From NCBI GenBank assembly GCA_025057015.1, contig JANWYG010000008.1, forward strand, positions 88,722 through 152,721: a stretch of DNA of 64,000 bases, in the 5' to 3' direction. A program made the position numbers and the translations under genes. Shown here in pieces: positions 9,668-18,278 of the stretch (positions within the stretch are counted from its first letter, which is position 1; each line of letters begins with the position of its first letter). The stretch comes from Blastocatellia bacterium (lineage in GTDB: Bacteria > Acidobacteriota > Blastocatellia > Chloracidobacteriales > JADJPF01). Under the pieces are notes generated by a model. The model was not told the origin of the DNA. It searched no databases and saw nothing but the letters and a program-made list of their open reading frames with translations.

Positions 9668-9760
9668 TTTAATCAAGCAAAGTACCTAATCTGACTGATT
9701 TCGTAGAAGTTAGTGCCTTGTGTGACCTTCTGGTAGCCTTGGGCAAGGAAGGGAGGCGGT

Positions 9761-12025
9761 ATGTACGAATTTGGTGATTTTGCTGAGAGATTTAGTGAGA
9801 GCGGACAGAGAGTGATGAGGCGGGCAATAGAGGAGTCTCGTAAGCGTGATCATAACTTTATCTCACCCGAGCACATATTCGTAGCTATTTCGGAAGTCGA
9901 AAAGGCCTTCTTCAATGAGGTTATGCAGAGCCTCAATCTTGATCCGCAAGCTATATTGAAAGAGATAGAAATGAAGTTGTCGGTGCCTAAGCAGTACACT
10001 GGCAAACGTATAAAGCTTTCGGAAGCAACAAGAGAGCTGCTTACACAGGGACTCCGCAAGGCACGGCAGGCAGGGCGTCAAACTATAGACGCTACCGATT
10101 TGTTTCAATCTATCTTCGAGGATAAAAACAGCGAGCCTGTGATGGTTTTGCGCAAATTCGGTGCTGATCCAGATATGGTGCTGGCTAAGATAGCTACTCG
10201 GCTCAAATCTAGAGAGGAACGTGAAGATAGGCTACGTAAGAAGTATGAGCTGCCGCCCTATCTAAGACACTTTGGAGTAAGCCTGAATAAACAGGCACGA
10301 CAGGATAAGTTGCCACCTGTGATAGGTAGAGAGCGCGAAATACGTCAGATAATAGAGATTCTCTGTCACAAAGAGCGAGCGAATTCGCCTATGCTCGTCG
10401 GCGAAGCCGGAGTAGGTAAGACGGCCGTAGTAGAAGGGTTGGCACGAATGATAGAGCTTGAACCTGAGAAAGTGCCTGCAAGGCTTAGAAATGCTCACAT
10501 AGTTAATCTGCAGATCTCAGGCGTGGTCGCTGGAACGATGCTGCGCGGCATGTTCGAAGAACGTATCCAAGGGATTATCAATGAAGTCAAGGAGCGCGAA
10601 AACATCATCCTCTTCATAGATGAAGCTCATATGATTATAGGAGCTGGATCTGCTCTTGGGGCAAGTTCTGACGCAGCGAATATGTTTAAGTCAGCTCTAG
10701 CAAGAGGTGAGCTGCGAATAATCGGCGCGACTACGATGACCGAATATAAAGAATACATAGCAGAAGATGAAGCGCTTGCTCGTCGCTTCCGACTTGTGAA
10801 GATAGAAGAACCGAACATAGAGCAGACAAGAAAGATACTGCAGGGCTTAAGACCGCGGCTTGAGAGCAATTACTCGGTGACCATTACCAAAGAAGCTATG
10901 GAAACTGCCCTTGAGCTCGCACCCCGTTATATGAGAAGTTTGCACATGCCCGATAAAGTGATCGGCTGGTTAGATACCGCTTCAGTGAAGGTTGAGATAA
11001 ATAACCCTGAAAAGCCGCTCGTGCTGCCAGAGCACGTGATAGACGTCATCTCACAAGAATCGAGTATCCCGCGAGATATGATCTTTCGTGATGTAAACGA
11101 AAGGTTTAAGTCGATAGAGCAAGAACTGTCGGCTCGCGTCATAGGTCAACAGGAGGCTGTAAGTGCCGTAGCAAGACGTTTGAGGCTCAATAAAGGGCCA
11201 CTTAAAGAAAATTTCTACAAGCCTGACGGCGTGCTGCTTTTCCTAGGTCCTACTGGCGTTGGTAAAACAGAGCTCGCAAAAGCGGTAGCACATTTTATGT
11301 TCGGCGACGAACGTAAGATGGTCAGAATTGATATGTCTGAATATCAAGATGGCACTATAGCTGTTGAAAAACTGATAGGTATGCCGCGTGGTATAGTAGG
11401 CTCAGAGCGGGGTGGTATATTGACCGAGAAGCTGCGGGATAATCCGTATACAGTGTTGTTGCTGGATGAGATAGAAAAAGCATCACCCTACCTGCTAAGC
11501 CTATTTTTGCAAGCTTTCGATGAGGGATGGTTGACCGATGGGCGCGGTAAGAAGGTCTATCTCTCGGATGCGATAGTTATAATGACGTCCAACCTTGGCA
11601 GCGATAACTTTAAGAAGTATATGAAGCCTCTCGGCTTTGGAACCAAAACTACTATGGAAATCGAGCAGATAAAGCGTGAGGTGATTAAAGCTGCCGAAGA
11701 GCGTTTCTCACCTGAGTTTCGCAATAGGATAGACGAGATAGTGGTCTTTTCCCCTCTGACGCGTGACGAAGTAAAGCAGATAGCAGAGATGTACATAAAC
11801 GGAATTAATAGACAAGCCCAGAAGCATGCAAAGCAGATCAATGTCTCAGAAGACGCCCTGAATTTGCTCGTCGAGCAAGGCTTTAGCCCCGCTTATGGAG
11901 CTCGTTTCCTCAAGCGTACCATAGATGAGAAAGTGAAACTCCCAGTGACTATGATGTGGAAAGAGTCCGACGTCTTTTACGTTTTTGTCGAAAAGGGTGA
12001 AGTGAAGGTAGCCACCGGAAGCTAG
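9761..12025 (+). CDS. ClpA/ClpC-like two-ring AAA+ unfoldase (Clp protease ATP-binding subunit)
   Basis: 754 aa. Clp_N repeats. D1 has GEAGVGKTA and ILFIDEAH. D2 has GPTGVGKTELAK and LLLDEIEKA. KPLGFGTK sits at the position of the ClpA IGL ClpP-docking loop. No long ClpB-type M-domain. Confidence 0.85.
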   Translation: MYEFGDFAERFSESGQRVMRRAIEESRKRDHNFISPEHIFVAISEVEKAFFNEVMQSLNLDPQAILKEIEMKLSVPKQYTGKRIKLSEATRELLTQGLRKARQAGRQTIDATDLFQSIFEDKNSEPVMVLRKFGADPDMVLAKIATRLKSREEREDRLRKKYELPPYLRHFGVSLNKQARQDKLPPVIGREREIRQIIEILCHKERANSPMLVGEAGVGKTAVVEGLARMIELEPEKVPARLRNAHIVNLQISGVVAGTMLRGMFEERIQGIINEVKERENIILFIDEAHMIIGAGSALGASSDAANMFKSALARGELRIIGATTMTEYKEYIAEDEALARRFRLVKIEEPNIEQTRKILQGLRPRLESNYSVTITKEAMETALELAPRYMRSLHMPDKVIGWLDTASVKVEINNPEKPLVLPEHVIDVISQESSIPRDMIFRDVNERFKSIEQELSARVIGQQEAVSAVARRLRLNKGPLKENFYKPDGVLLFLGPTGVGKTELAKAVAHFMFGDERKMVRIDMSEYQDGTIAVEKLIGMPRGIVGSERGGILTEKLRDNPYTVLLLDEIEKASPYLLSLFLQAFDEGWLTDGRGKKVYLSDAIVIMTSNLGSDNFKKYMKPLGFGTKTTMEIEQIKREVIKAAEERFSPEFRNRIDEIVVFSPLTRDEVKQIAEMYINGINRQAQKHAKQINVSEDALNLLVEQGFSPAYGARFLKRTIDEKVKLPVTMMWKESDVFYVFVEKGEVKVATGS

Positions 12026-12027
12026 TT

Positions 12028-12507
12028 ATGGAATTGATACTGATACGACACGCCATAGCTGAAGACAGAGAGAAATGGTCTGGTGACGATGACTCCAGGC
12101 CGTTGACGCAAGAAGGTATTGCTCGCATGGAACAAGTGAGCAGAGGGCTAAAAGGGCTCTTAGAGGACTTTGATGCTGTTTATTCTAGTCCTTTAAAACG
12201 AGCTCGGCAGACAGCCGAGATCTTGCTGAAGGTTTATAAAAGTACTTGCCCTTTGTACGTAGTTGAAGAATTGCGGCCGGAAGCCGAACCAAAAGATTTC
12301 TTGAAGGTCATAGACTATAGTCTACGCAGGGTAGTTGCCGTAGGACACGAACCACACGTTGGGCATCTAGCCGGCTTGCTGATAGGTAGTACTGTGCCTT
12401 TTTCTTTCAAAAAGGCGGCCGCAGCTTGTTTCGAGTTTTTAGAGCCGCAGGCTCGAAATTCTGCTCGCTTACTTTGGTTCGTTCCTCCTAAACTCCTCAG
12501 AAAATGA
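12028..12507 (+). CDS. sixA: phosphohistidine phosphatase SixA-like (histidine phosphatase superfamily)
   Basis: 159 aa. LILIRHAIAE..., SSPLKRARQTAEIL, VGHEPHVGHL. Starts 2 nt after the clpA-like gene. Confidence 0.75.
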   Translation: MELILIRHAIAEDREKWSGDDDSRPLTQEGIARMEQVSRGLKGLLEDFDAVYSSPLKRARQTAEILLKVYKSTCPLYVVEELRPEAEPKDFLKVIDYSLRRVVAVGHEPHVGHLAGLLIGSTVPFSFKKAAAACFEFLEPQARNSARLLWFVPPKLLRK

Positions 12508-13211
12508 TATTTTTCCTGTTTCTTCTTTTGCCACAACAAGCAGGAGACATTATTGCCCAAGCAGTTCAAGCAATGGGGGGCGAACATTACTTGGCGGTGC
12601 AGACCGAGCGTTCCAAAGGACTGGTTACTGCCTATCGAAATGGCGAACCAGAGCGCAGCATTACTACATTCGTTAATTATGTGGTGCTGCCGGCTAGGGA
12701 AAGAGTGGAAACTAAAAGTAAGGATGGGCATTATGTCGAGGTTATAGATGGAGATAGAGGCTGGCTTTATTCTTCTCTGTCTAAGATAACTAGAGACCTA
12801 GATTCTACGGAAATGCTTAGAGCAAAGCAGAGCCGACTTTATCAGATTGACAGCCTTCTTAGGGGTGGTTGGAGGCAGGCAAAAGAAGCTAGGTATTTGC
12901 CGGCAAAGGAACTGTGGCGCGGCCAGCGGGCCGATGCCGTGCTTCTAGTATTTCCTGATAATAGTGAAGTTAGCATTTACTTCGACTTCACGACACGCCT
13001 GCCAGTAGCGCTTAGGTTTCCGGCAATTAGGGAAGGTGCCAAGATCGTACGGGCTGAAAACCGTTTCTATAGATATGTAAAACAGCAACAGCTTCAAGTA
13101 CCTTATGTGGTAGATCTCTACGAGAACGATTTGCAGGTCTTGCGTGTATCTTATGAGTCGCGCGAATTTAATGTGCGAATAGATGAAAAGCTTTTTGCGA
13201 GGCCAAAGTGA
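12504..13211 (+). CDS. hypothetical secreted protein (LolA-like/lipoprotein-sorting-like fold suspected)
   Basis: 235 aa. Short hydrophobic N-terminus MIFFLFLLLP, beta-rich composition. ATGA overlap with sixA. The family call is a guess. Confidence 0.5.
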   Translation: MIFFLFLLLPQQAGDIIAQAVQAMGGEHYLAVQTERSKGLVTAYRNGEPERSITTFVNYVVLPARERVETKSKDGHYVEVIDGDRGWLYSSLSKITRDLDSTEMLRAKQSRLYQIDSLLRGGWRQAKEARYLPAKELWRGQRADAVLLVFPDNSEVSIYFDFTTRLPVALRFPAIREGAKIVRAENRFYRYVKQQQLQVPYVVDLYENDLQVLRVSYESREFNVRIDEKLFARPK

Positions 13212-13250
13212 ATCTGTCTAGATTTTAGATAACTTAGTTTTGGAGGGAGT

Positions 13251-13430
13251 ATGTCTGAAAATGAGATCACTTATAACGCTGTAGAGAAAGATGGCGTAGT
13301 TACTGCGATTTGGGAAATGAGGGGGCGAAAGCACGTAAGGACAATAGATCCTCGCAGCAAAGAAGGTCAGCAGTTGCTTGTGGGTTATAAGCCTGCTCAA
13401 CAAGAAGAGAACAAGGCTAAGAAAGAATAG
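13251..13430 (+). CDS. small hypothetical protein (59 aa), absent from the supplied ORF track
   Basis: ATG at 13251 is preceded by GGAGGGAG (13242-13249). Translation: MSENEITYNAVEKDGVVTAIWEMRGRKHVRTIDPRSKEGQQLLVGYKPAQQEENKAKKE. The opposite-strand 61-aa ORF (13218-13403) has no RBS and an odd composition. Confidence 0.5.
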   Translation: MSENEITYNAVEKDGVVTAIWEMRGRKHVRTIDPRSKEGQQLLVGYKPAQQEENKAKKE

Positions 13431-13431
13431 C

Positions 13432-14577
13432 TCAGTCTTCGTTTTTAGCTGAAGCTACTTTTCGGGTAGTGGTGAGCGAACCTTTTTCGGCGGTTATTAG
13501 AGAAGCGTATTCTCCAGCTGCTCCGCCTACCAGTGCTCCGCCCACTTCTTTACTGAAAACTAGTTTACCTTCCTGGCTGTCGAACTCGACTACTACCAAA
13601 TCTCCCGTACTTACCTGCTGTGTAGCTACGATGTTGGAAAGTGGGTAGACTAGAAAACGCTCTATAGCTCGCTTGAGGTGTCTTGCGCCATATTTATAGT
13701 CTATGCCTTCGTCTAGTAGAAACTTTTTGGCTTCAGGTGAGCAAGTGAAGACGAATTTTTGTGCGGTTCCTTTCATTATTCTATCCTGCACGGCTTTGAG
13801 TTCTAGATCCAATATTTGGTGCAGGTGATGCTCTTTGAGTGACCGGAAAACGACGACTTTGTCGATGCGATTCATAAATTCTGGTGAGAACTTGCGCTTT
13901 GCAGCCTCAAGTGCCGTGCGATAGATCTTCTGATCTAGTTCGCTGTCGTGCTCTACTGGCCTGATGCGAGCCGGAGCAAATCCTATGGAACCGGAGATGA
14001 GCTCTGACATCTCTTTTGCACCAAGATTTGACGTCATGAAAATCATCGCTTTTGAAAAATCCACGCGACGGTTATCGCCTAGTGTCAACGTGGCTTTGTC
14101 GAGTATACCTAAAAGTAGCTGCCAAAGCGCATCGGAAGCTTTCTCTATCTCATCAAAGAGTACGAAGCTTATCTGGTCACGCTCGTTGTGATAGCGATCA
14201 AGGTTCTCTTGGGTCAACATAGGCGAGGTTTCGCGGTGACCTAGATAACCTGGAGGAGAGCCTATGAGCTTTGCTATCTCATGGCTATGCTGGAACTCTG
14301 CGCAGTCTATTTTGATAACTGCGTTGGGGTCATTGTAGAGGACCTCTGCGGCAGCTTCGACGACTCTGGTCTTGCCTGAACCAGTAGGACCTAGGAAAAG
14401 CATAGTGCCTACGGGACGTCCAGGATTTGCGAGCCCTGCAAGATGAATTTGGTACAGATTGGCGATCCGTCTGACGGCTCTCTCCTGGCCTACTATACGT
14501 GCCATGAGCTTACTTTCGAACTCGCTTGCACGGGGACTTTTTAGATCTGGATTGAGCTTGATTCTTTGAGCTGTCAT
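13432..14577 (-). CDS. single-module ClpA/ClpB-D2-type AAA+ ATPase with an IGF loop
   Basis: 381 aa. Walker A LFLGPTGSGKT, Walker B FVLFDEIEKA, FMTSNLG, KIDCAEFQHSHEIAKLIGSPPGYLGH, GARHLKR, and a ClpB_D2-small-like C-terminus. GSIGFAP sits at the ClpA IGL-loop position. No N-domain, D1 or zinc finger. Confidence 0.8.
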   Translation of the reverse strand: MTAQRIKLNPDLKSPRASEFESKLMARIVGQERAVRRIANLYQIHLAGLANPGRPVGTMLFLGPTGSGKTRVVEAAAEVLYNDPNAVIKIDCAEFQHSHEIAKLIGSPPGYLGHRETSPMLTQENLDRYHNERDQISFVLFDEIEKASDALWQLLLGILDKATLTLGDNRRVDFSKAMIFMTSNLGAKEMSELISGSIGFAPARIRPVEHDSELDQKIYRTALEAAKRKFSPEFMNRIDKVVVFRSLKEHHLHQILDLELKAVQDRIMKGTAQKFVFTCSPEAKKFLLDEGIDYKYGARHLKRAIERFLVYPLSNIVATQQVSTGDLVVVEFDSQEGKLVFSKEVGGALVGGAAGEYASLITAEKGSLTTTRKVASAKNED

Positions 14578-14678
14578 AGCTTTTCCTCAGTACCTTTTGT
14601 CTTAAGAAATTCAACTTTACTGCTGTCTCTTACTATGCTAGTCGAGCATCTTCTACCTGACAACATGATACGCTGGCA

Positions 14679-15560
14679 TCAAGAAGATGTATTTGCCCTA
14701 CCATCTGAATTGTTCGCATCAGGCCTCCGCTTAGGAAAGGCTAGTGTTGCTGCTGAAAGCCCCAGAATGACTGTAGCTGGCAGACTTGCCTCTATACCAT
14801 AGCATCCGCCGGTAAGCAACTGTTGGCCGTTATACTTAGCAGCAAGGAAAGAACTTTGGCTGAAAGCGTCTATACCACTTACGTTGATCCCAAATACAGA
14901 AGCTAGCGCGAAGTTCCATCCTAAATGTAGCCCCGTTGCTAGCCATAGGTTGTTTGTTTTGAAGTATGCTGCACACAACCAGAGGCCTGCTAGGAGGGTA
15001 TTAATGTTAGCAAAAAGTGTATGGCAAGGATTATCGGTATGTACCAGAGCAAACGGTACAGACATAATCAGTGCAGAGGGAAGCCGGCCTAACGACGCCG
15101 CTAATTCTTGTAGCGGATATCCTCGAAAGAGCAATTCTTCAAGTGATGCAGCTATTAGTAAAAAGATCCAGCAAGAGAGTATCTGCAGCGGGCTAAAAGT
15201 TTCATTCATCGAGAACGTGAATCCGCCTGATATCCATCCTGGTATTACCGCTAGTGCTACCATACAGAATGCTATACCTTGCCCAATGAGAAAGTGCTTC
15301 CACCATCTCGGTCTGAGAGCATAAGCGGAGAAGCTGGTGCCTGAAAGCAACCTGCTAGAGACTGCTGAAGAGAATGCCACTGATATGAGCATAAGTGTCC
15401 TTTGTAAGCCATCGCCTATCTCTCGTTTGAAGGAAAGAGCTATAGAGAAAAGCAAGATTTGCACTATTGCTGTAAACAGCAGAAAAATGATGATCTTCCA
15501 GCCGCTGCGTAGCTTCCTCGGCTCGGCGCTAGAAAACAAAATAGTTGATATGCTGAGCAT
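14679..15560 (-). CDS. CPBP family intramembrane glutamic endopeptidase (CAAX protease/Abi-like)
   Basis: 293 aa, polytopic. Motifs SLEELLFRGY, FALVH and GLHLGWN. Confidence 0.8.
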   Translation of the reverse strand: MLSISTILFSSAEPRKLRSGWKIIIFLLFTAIVQILLFSIALSFKREIGDGLQRTLMLISVAFSSAVSSRLLSGTSFSAYALRPRWWKHFLIGQGIAFCMVALAVIPGWISGGFTFSMNETFSPLQILSCWIFLLIAASLEELLFRGYPLQELAASLGRLPSALIMSVPFALVHTDNPCHTLFANINTLLAGLWLCAAYFKTNNLWLATGLHLGWNFALASVFGINVSGIDAFSQSSFLAAKYNGQQLLTGGCYGIEASLPATVILGLSAATLAFPKRRPDANNSDGRANTSS

Positions 15561-15622
15561 ATCGTAGATAGTTGCAGAAGTCTAATCGCTTTTCAAGCAA
15601 GTCAAGAAGCAACCTGCTTGGA

Positions 15623-15651
15623 TGGACAGTATGCAAGGTTGATGTTACAAT
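15623..15651 (+). promoter_or_regulatory. candidate sigma-70 promoter for the polyprenyl synthase operon
   Basis: TGGACA (15623-15628), 17 nt spacer, TACAAT (15646-15651). About 50 nt upstream of the ATG at 15705. Confidence 0.45.
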
Positions 15652-15704
15652 GCCGATAGCTTTTTTGCGAGAGAGGGCGAGAGGACTGTCTAGCAGTTCA
15701 TAGT

Positions 15705-16712
15705 ATGTTAAGTGCGCAGCAATCCGAATATCTGTCCGTAGCTGATGTCTACGAGCTAATCAAGCCAGAATTAACCTGCGTTGAAAAGCAATTTCTCTCG
15801 CAGATAGAATCGGATGTAAAGCTTGTTCAGCAAATAGGTAAGTATCTACATCTCTCAGGCGGAAAGCGGATCCGGCCAGCACTGCTCATTCTTTCAGCGA
15901 GAGTTCTCGGCGCTGAGTGCCTAGAAAATGTAATAAGAATGGCAACAGTGGTAGAGTTCCTTCATACCGCTACGCTTATTCACGACGACATCATAGACGA
16001 CTGCGATGTTCGCCGAGGCAGGCCTTCGGTACGCTCTCGATGGGGCAACGATATAGCCGTACTGTCAGGAGACTGGCTTTATATGCTGGCTTTTGAAAAT
16101 AGCCTCAAGGAGCGTAATTTTGAGATCCTGGATATACTGACTAGGGTAACCCGTCAGATGACCGAAGGGGAACTTATACAGCTAGAACTGCGCGGAAGGT
16201 TAGATATTACCGAACAGGAGTATCTAGAAATAGTACATCGTAAGACGGCATTTCTTATCAGCGCCTGTTGCGAGATAGGAGCCATACTTGCCTCAGCTTC
16301 TTACCGAGAACAAGCTCTTATGCGTGAGTTTGGTTTCAGAATAGGAACTGCTTTTCAATTAGCAGACGACTTGCTCGATTTCACCTCTTCGACGGAAAAA
16401 CTGGGTAAGCCAGCGGCAAACGATCTGCGCGAAGGCAAAATCACTCTTCCTTTGATATATCTGCGTGAGCAAGCGCGGGAGGATGTGATGGAAAAGTTGC
16501 GTTGCGCTATGAACAACAGTGACTTAGCAAGCAACACGAGCAGAGACGAGCTACTTGGTATGGTTGAGTCAAGCGGAGTGCTTGTGAGGGTTCGTGCAGA
16601 ACTTTCTCGATACGCAGCCGAAGCTCAACAGCTGCTGACCTCGCTTACGGACTCAGTCTATAAGCGTGCCCTCTATAGCATATCCAACTTCATAATAGGC
16701 CGTGAGAACTAA
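15705..16712 (+). CDS. polyprenyl diphosphate synthase (IspB/hepta-octaprenyl type)
   Basis: 335 aa. First DDxxD motif LIHDDIIDD and second QLADDLLD. Confidence 0.85.
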   Translation: MLSAQQSEYLSVADVYELIKPELTCVEKQFLSQIESDVKLVQQIGKYLHLSGGKRIRPALLILSARVLGAECLENVIRMATVVEFLHTATLIHDDIIDDCDVRRGRPSVRSRWGNDIAVLSGDWLYMLAFENSLKERNFEILDILTRVTRQMTEGELIQLELRGRLDITEQEYLEIVHRKTAFLISACCEIGAILASASYREQALMREFGFRIGTAFQLADDLLDFTSSTEKLGKPAANDLREGKITLPLIYLREQAREDVMEKLRCAMNNSDLASNTSRDELLGMVESSGVLVRVRAELSRYAAEAQQLLTSLTDSVYKRALYSISNFIIGREN

Positions 16713-16714
16713 TT

Positions 16715-17347
16715 ATGACCACTGTAAAAAATATAGAAATAGAGGTCAAAATTCCTTGTGATGACATAAAGATACTTGAAAAAATAGGCCAATTGATGTG
16801 CCATAAGCCGAGGCATTTCGAAGATAACTGGATGCTAGATAATGCTGGTGTGCTAGCAGCAAAGCAGGAAGCCTTGCGCTTACGCGTAGTCGATGGGAAA
16901 GCTACACTGACGTTTAAAGGTCTTTCGGATATGCCTAGCGATTTTAAGTCACGCCTGGAGTATGAAACTGAAGTAGCTGACCCAAAGCAGATGTTGTCGA
17001 TACTCGCAAGGCTTGGCTATAGACCTTTCTTCCGCTACCAGAAATACCGAACCATATACATCCTGCTGCTTGAAAGTGGTCTGAGCTTACAAGCGATGTT
17101 TGACGAAACGCCTATGGGTAACTTTTTGGAGCTCGAAGGTTGCGAACTTGCAGTAAGACAGGCTATCGAGGCCTTGGCGCTTACACAAGATGAGTACATC
17201 ACTACCACTTACATACAGATGCAGGCAGATAGGTGCAGTAGGCTGGGATTACCCTTACGCGATCTGGTGTTCAGCGAACAAGAAGATGAAGGCGATGATT
17301 CTTGCGGCGGGCTTTGGGACAAGGCTGTGGCCGCTAACAATCGATAG
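16715..17347 (+). CDS. CYTH domain protein (class IV adenylate cyclase / triphosphatase family)
   Basis: N-terminal IEIEVKI (ExExK signature). 210 aa. The last ~20 codons overlap the next gene out of frame. Confidence 0.7.
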   Translation: MTTVKNIEIEVKIPCDDIKILEKIGQLMCHKPRHFEDNWMLDNAGVLAAKQEALRLRVVDGKATLTFKGLSDMPSDFKSRLEYETEVADPKQMLSILARLGYRPFFRYQKYRTIYILLLESGLSLQAMFDETPMGNFLELEGCELAVRQAIEALALTQDEYITTTYIQMQADRCSRLGLPLRDLVFSEQEDEGDDSCGGLWDKAVAANNR

Positions 17348-18233
17348 GACTAAACCTGCTGTCCCATTTCTCAATAAGCCGCTTATTGTCTATTCTGTAG
17401 AGTACTTGAGAAGCTTCGGCGTGGACGAAATAATAGTGAACCTTCACCATCAAGCTGAATCTATAGTGGCCATCTTGGGTGATGGCAGCAGCTTCTCTGT
17501 AAGAATAAGCTATAGCTATGAAAGTGTAATAATGGGCACTTCGGGAGCGCTTGACCTGGTCCGAGAACTGCTTCAAGATGGTACTTTCATAGTGATGAAC
17601 GGCAAGCTAGTAACTAACATTGACCTAGCAGCAGCTATGCAGCTACATCGTAGTCGCAATGCGCTGGCTACACTAGTGCTTAAGCAGAATGTGGCTCGCG
17701 AAAAGTTCTCTAAGGTCTTTGTAGATACAGAAGGCAACATCCTAGGCTTCGGGGCGTACCCAGAAGCCTCAGAAGAGCCAGTACCGCTGATGTTTACCGG
17801 AATACAGATAATGGAGCCGGAAATATTGAAGTATGTACCGCGGGGAGTGTTTTCACATTCCACTATAGATGTGTATCCGAAGGCGATAGCTTGTGGTGAG
17901 CGCATAGCCTCGTACGTGGCTGAAGGAGAATGGCACGAGCTGAGCACTCTCAGACGTTACCTAGATGCTAGTTTGCAGTTGCTTTCAAAGAGCGGTAAAG
18001 ACATCGTGCTGGGCGAGGGATGTTCGATAGAGCCTACGGCACATGTGCGTAACTCGGTCTTGTGGAAGAACGTAACGGTTGGAAAAGCAGCAAGGTTGAA
18101 TCGCGTGGTGATAGGCGACGAAGTGACTGTTCCGCCTGGCACTGTGCTGAGCGACGCTGTCATAGTCAAGTATAGAGACTACAAGATAGAGCGTGGACAG
18201 GTAGTAGATGGAAATCTGATCGTAGCGTTATAG
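17286..18233 (+). CDS. sugar-phosphate nucleotidyltransferase with a C-terminal left-handed beta-helix
   Basis: MKAMILAAGFGTRLWPLT...KPAVPF is the NTP-transferase G-rich loop, so the start must be 17286 or 17295, not the track start 17190. C-terminal hexapeptide-like repeats. Confidence 0.8.
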   Translation: MKAMILAAGFGTRLWPLTIDRTKPAVPFLNKPLIVYSVEYLRSFGVDEIIVNLHHQAESIVAILGDGSSFSVRISYSYESVIMGTSGALDLVRELLQDGTFIVMNGKLVTNIDLAAAMQLHRSRNALATLVLKQNVAREKFSKVFVDTEGNILGFGAYPEASEEPVPLMFTGIQIMEPEILKYVPRGVFSHSTIDVYPKAIACGERIASYVAEGEWHELSTLRRYLDASLQLLSKSGKDIVLGEGCSIEPTAHVRNSVLWKNVTVGKAARLNRVVIGDEVTVPPGTVLSDAVIVKYRDYKIERGQVVDGNLIVAL

Positions 18234-18235
18234 GA

Positions 18236-18278
18236 GTGGCCTTCTAGTTGAAACGAAGGCCACAGGGGGCTTGTTTTT
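18236..18278. terminator. hairpin between convergent genes (putative terminator)
   Basis: Perfect 9-bp stem GTGGCCTTC (18236-18244) / GAAGGCCAC (18255-18263) with a 10-nt loop. A T-run follows at 18274-18278 but is 10 nt from the stem, so this is not a textbook intrinsic terminator. Confidence 0.4.

Noticed and set aside
13218-13403. 61-aa minus-strand ORF in the gap between 13211 and 13432
   Set aside because: It has no RBS and a hydrophobic/aromatic composition. The plus-strand 59-aa ORF with GGAGG is the better explanation.
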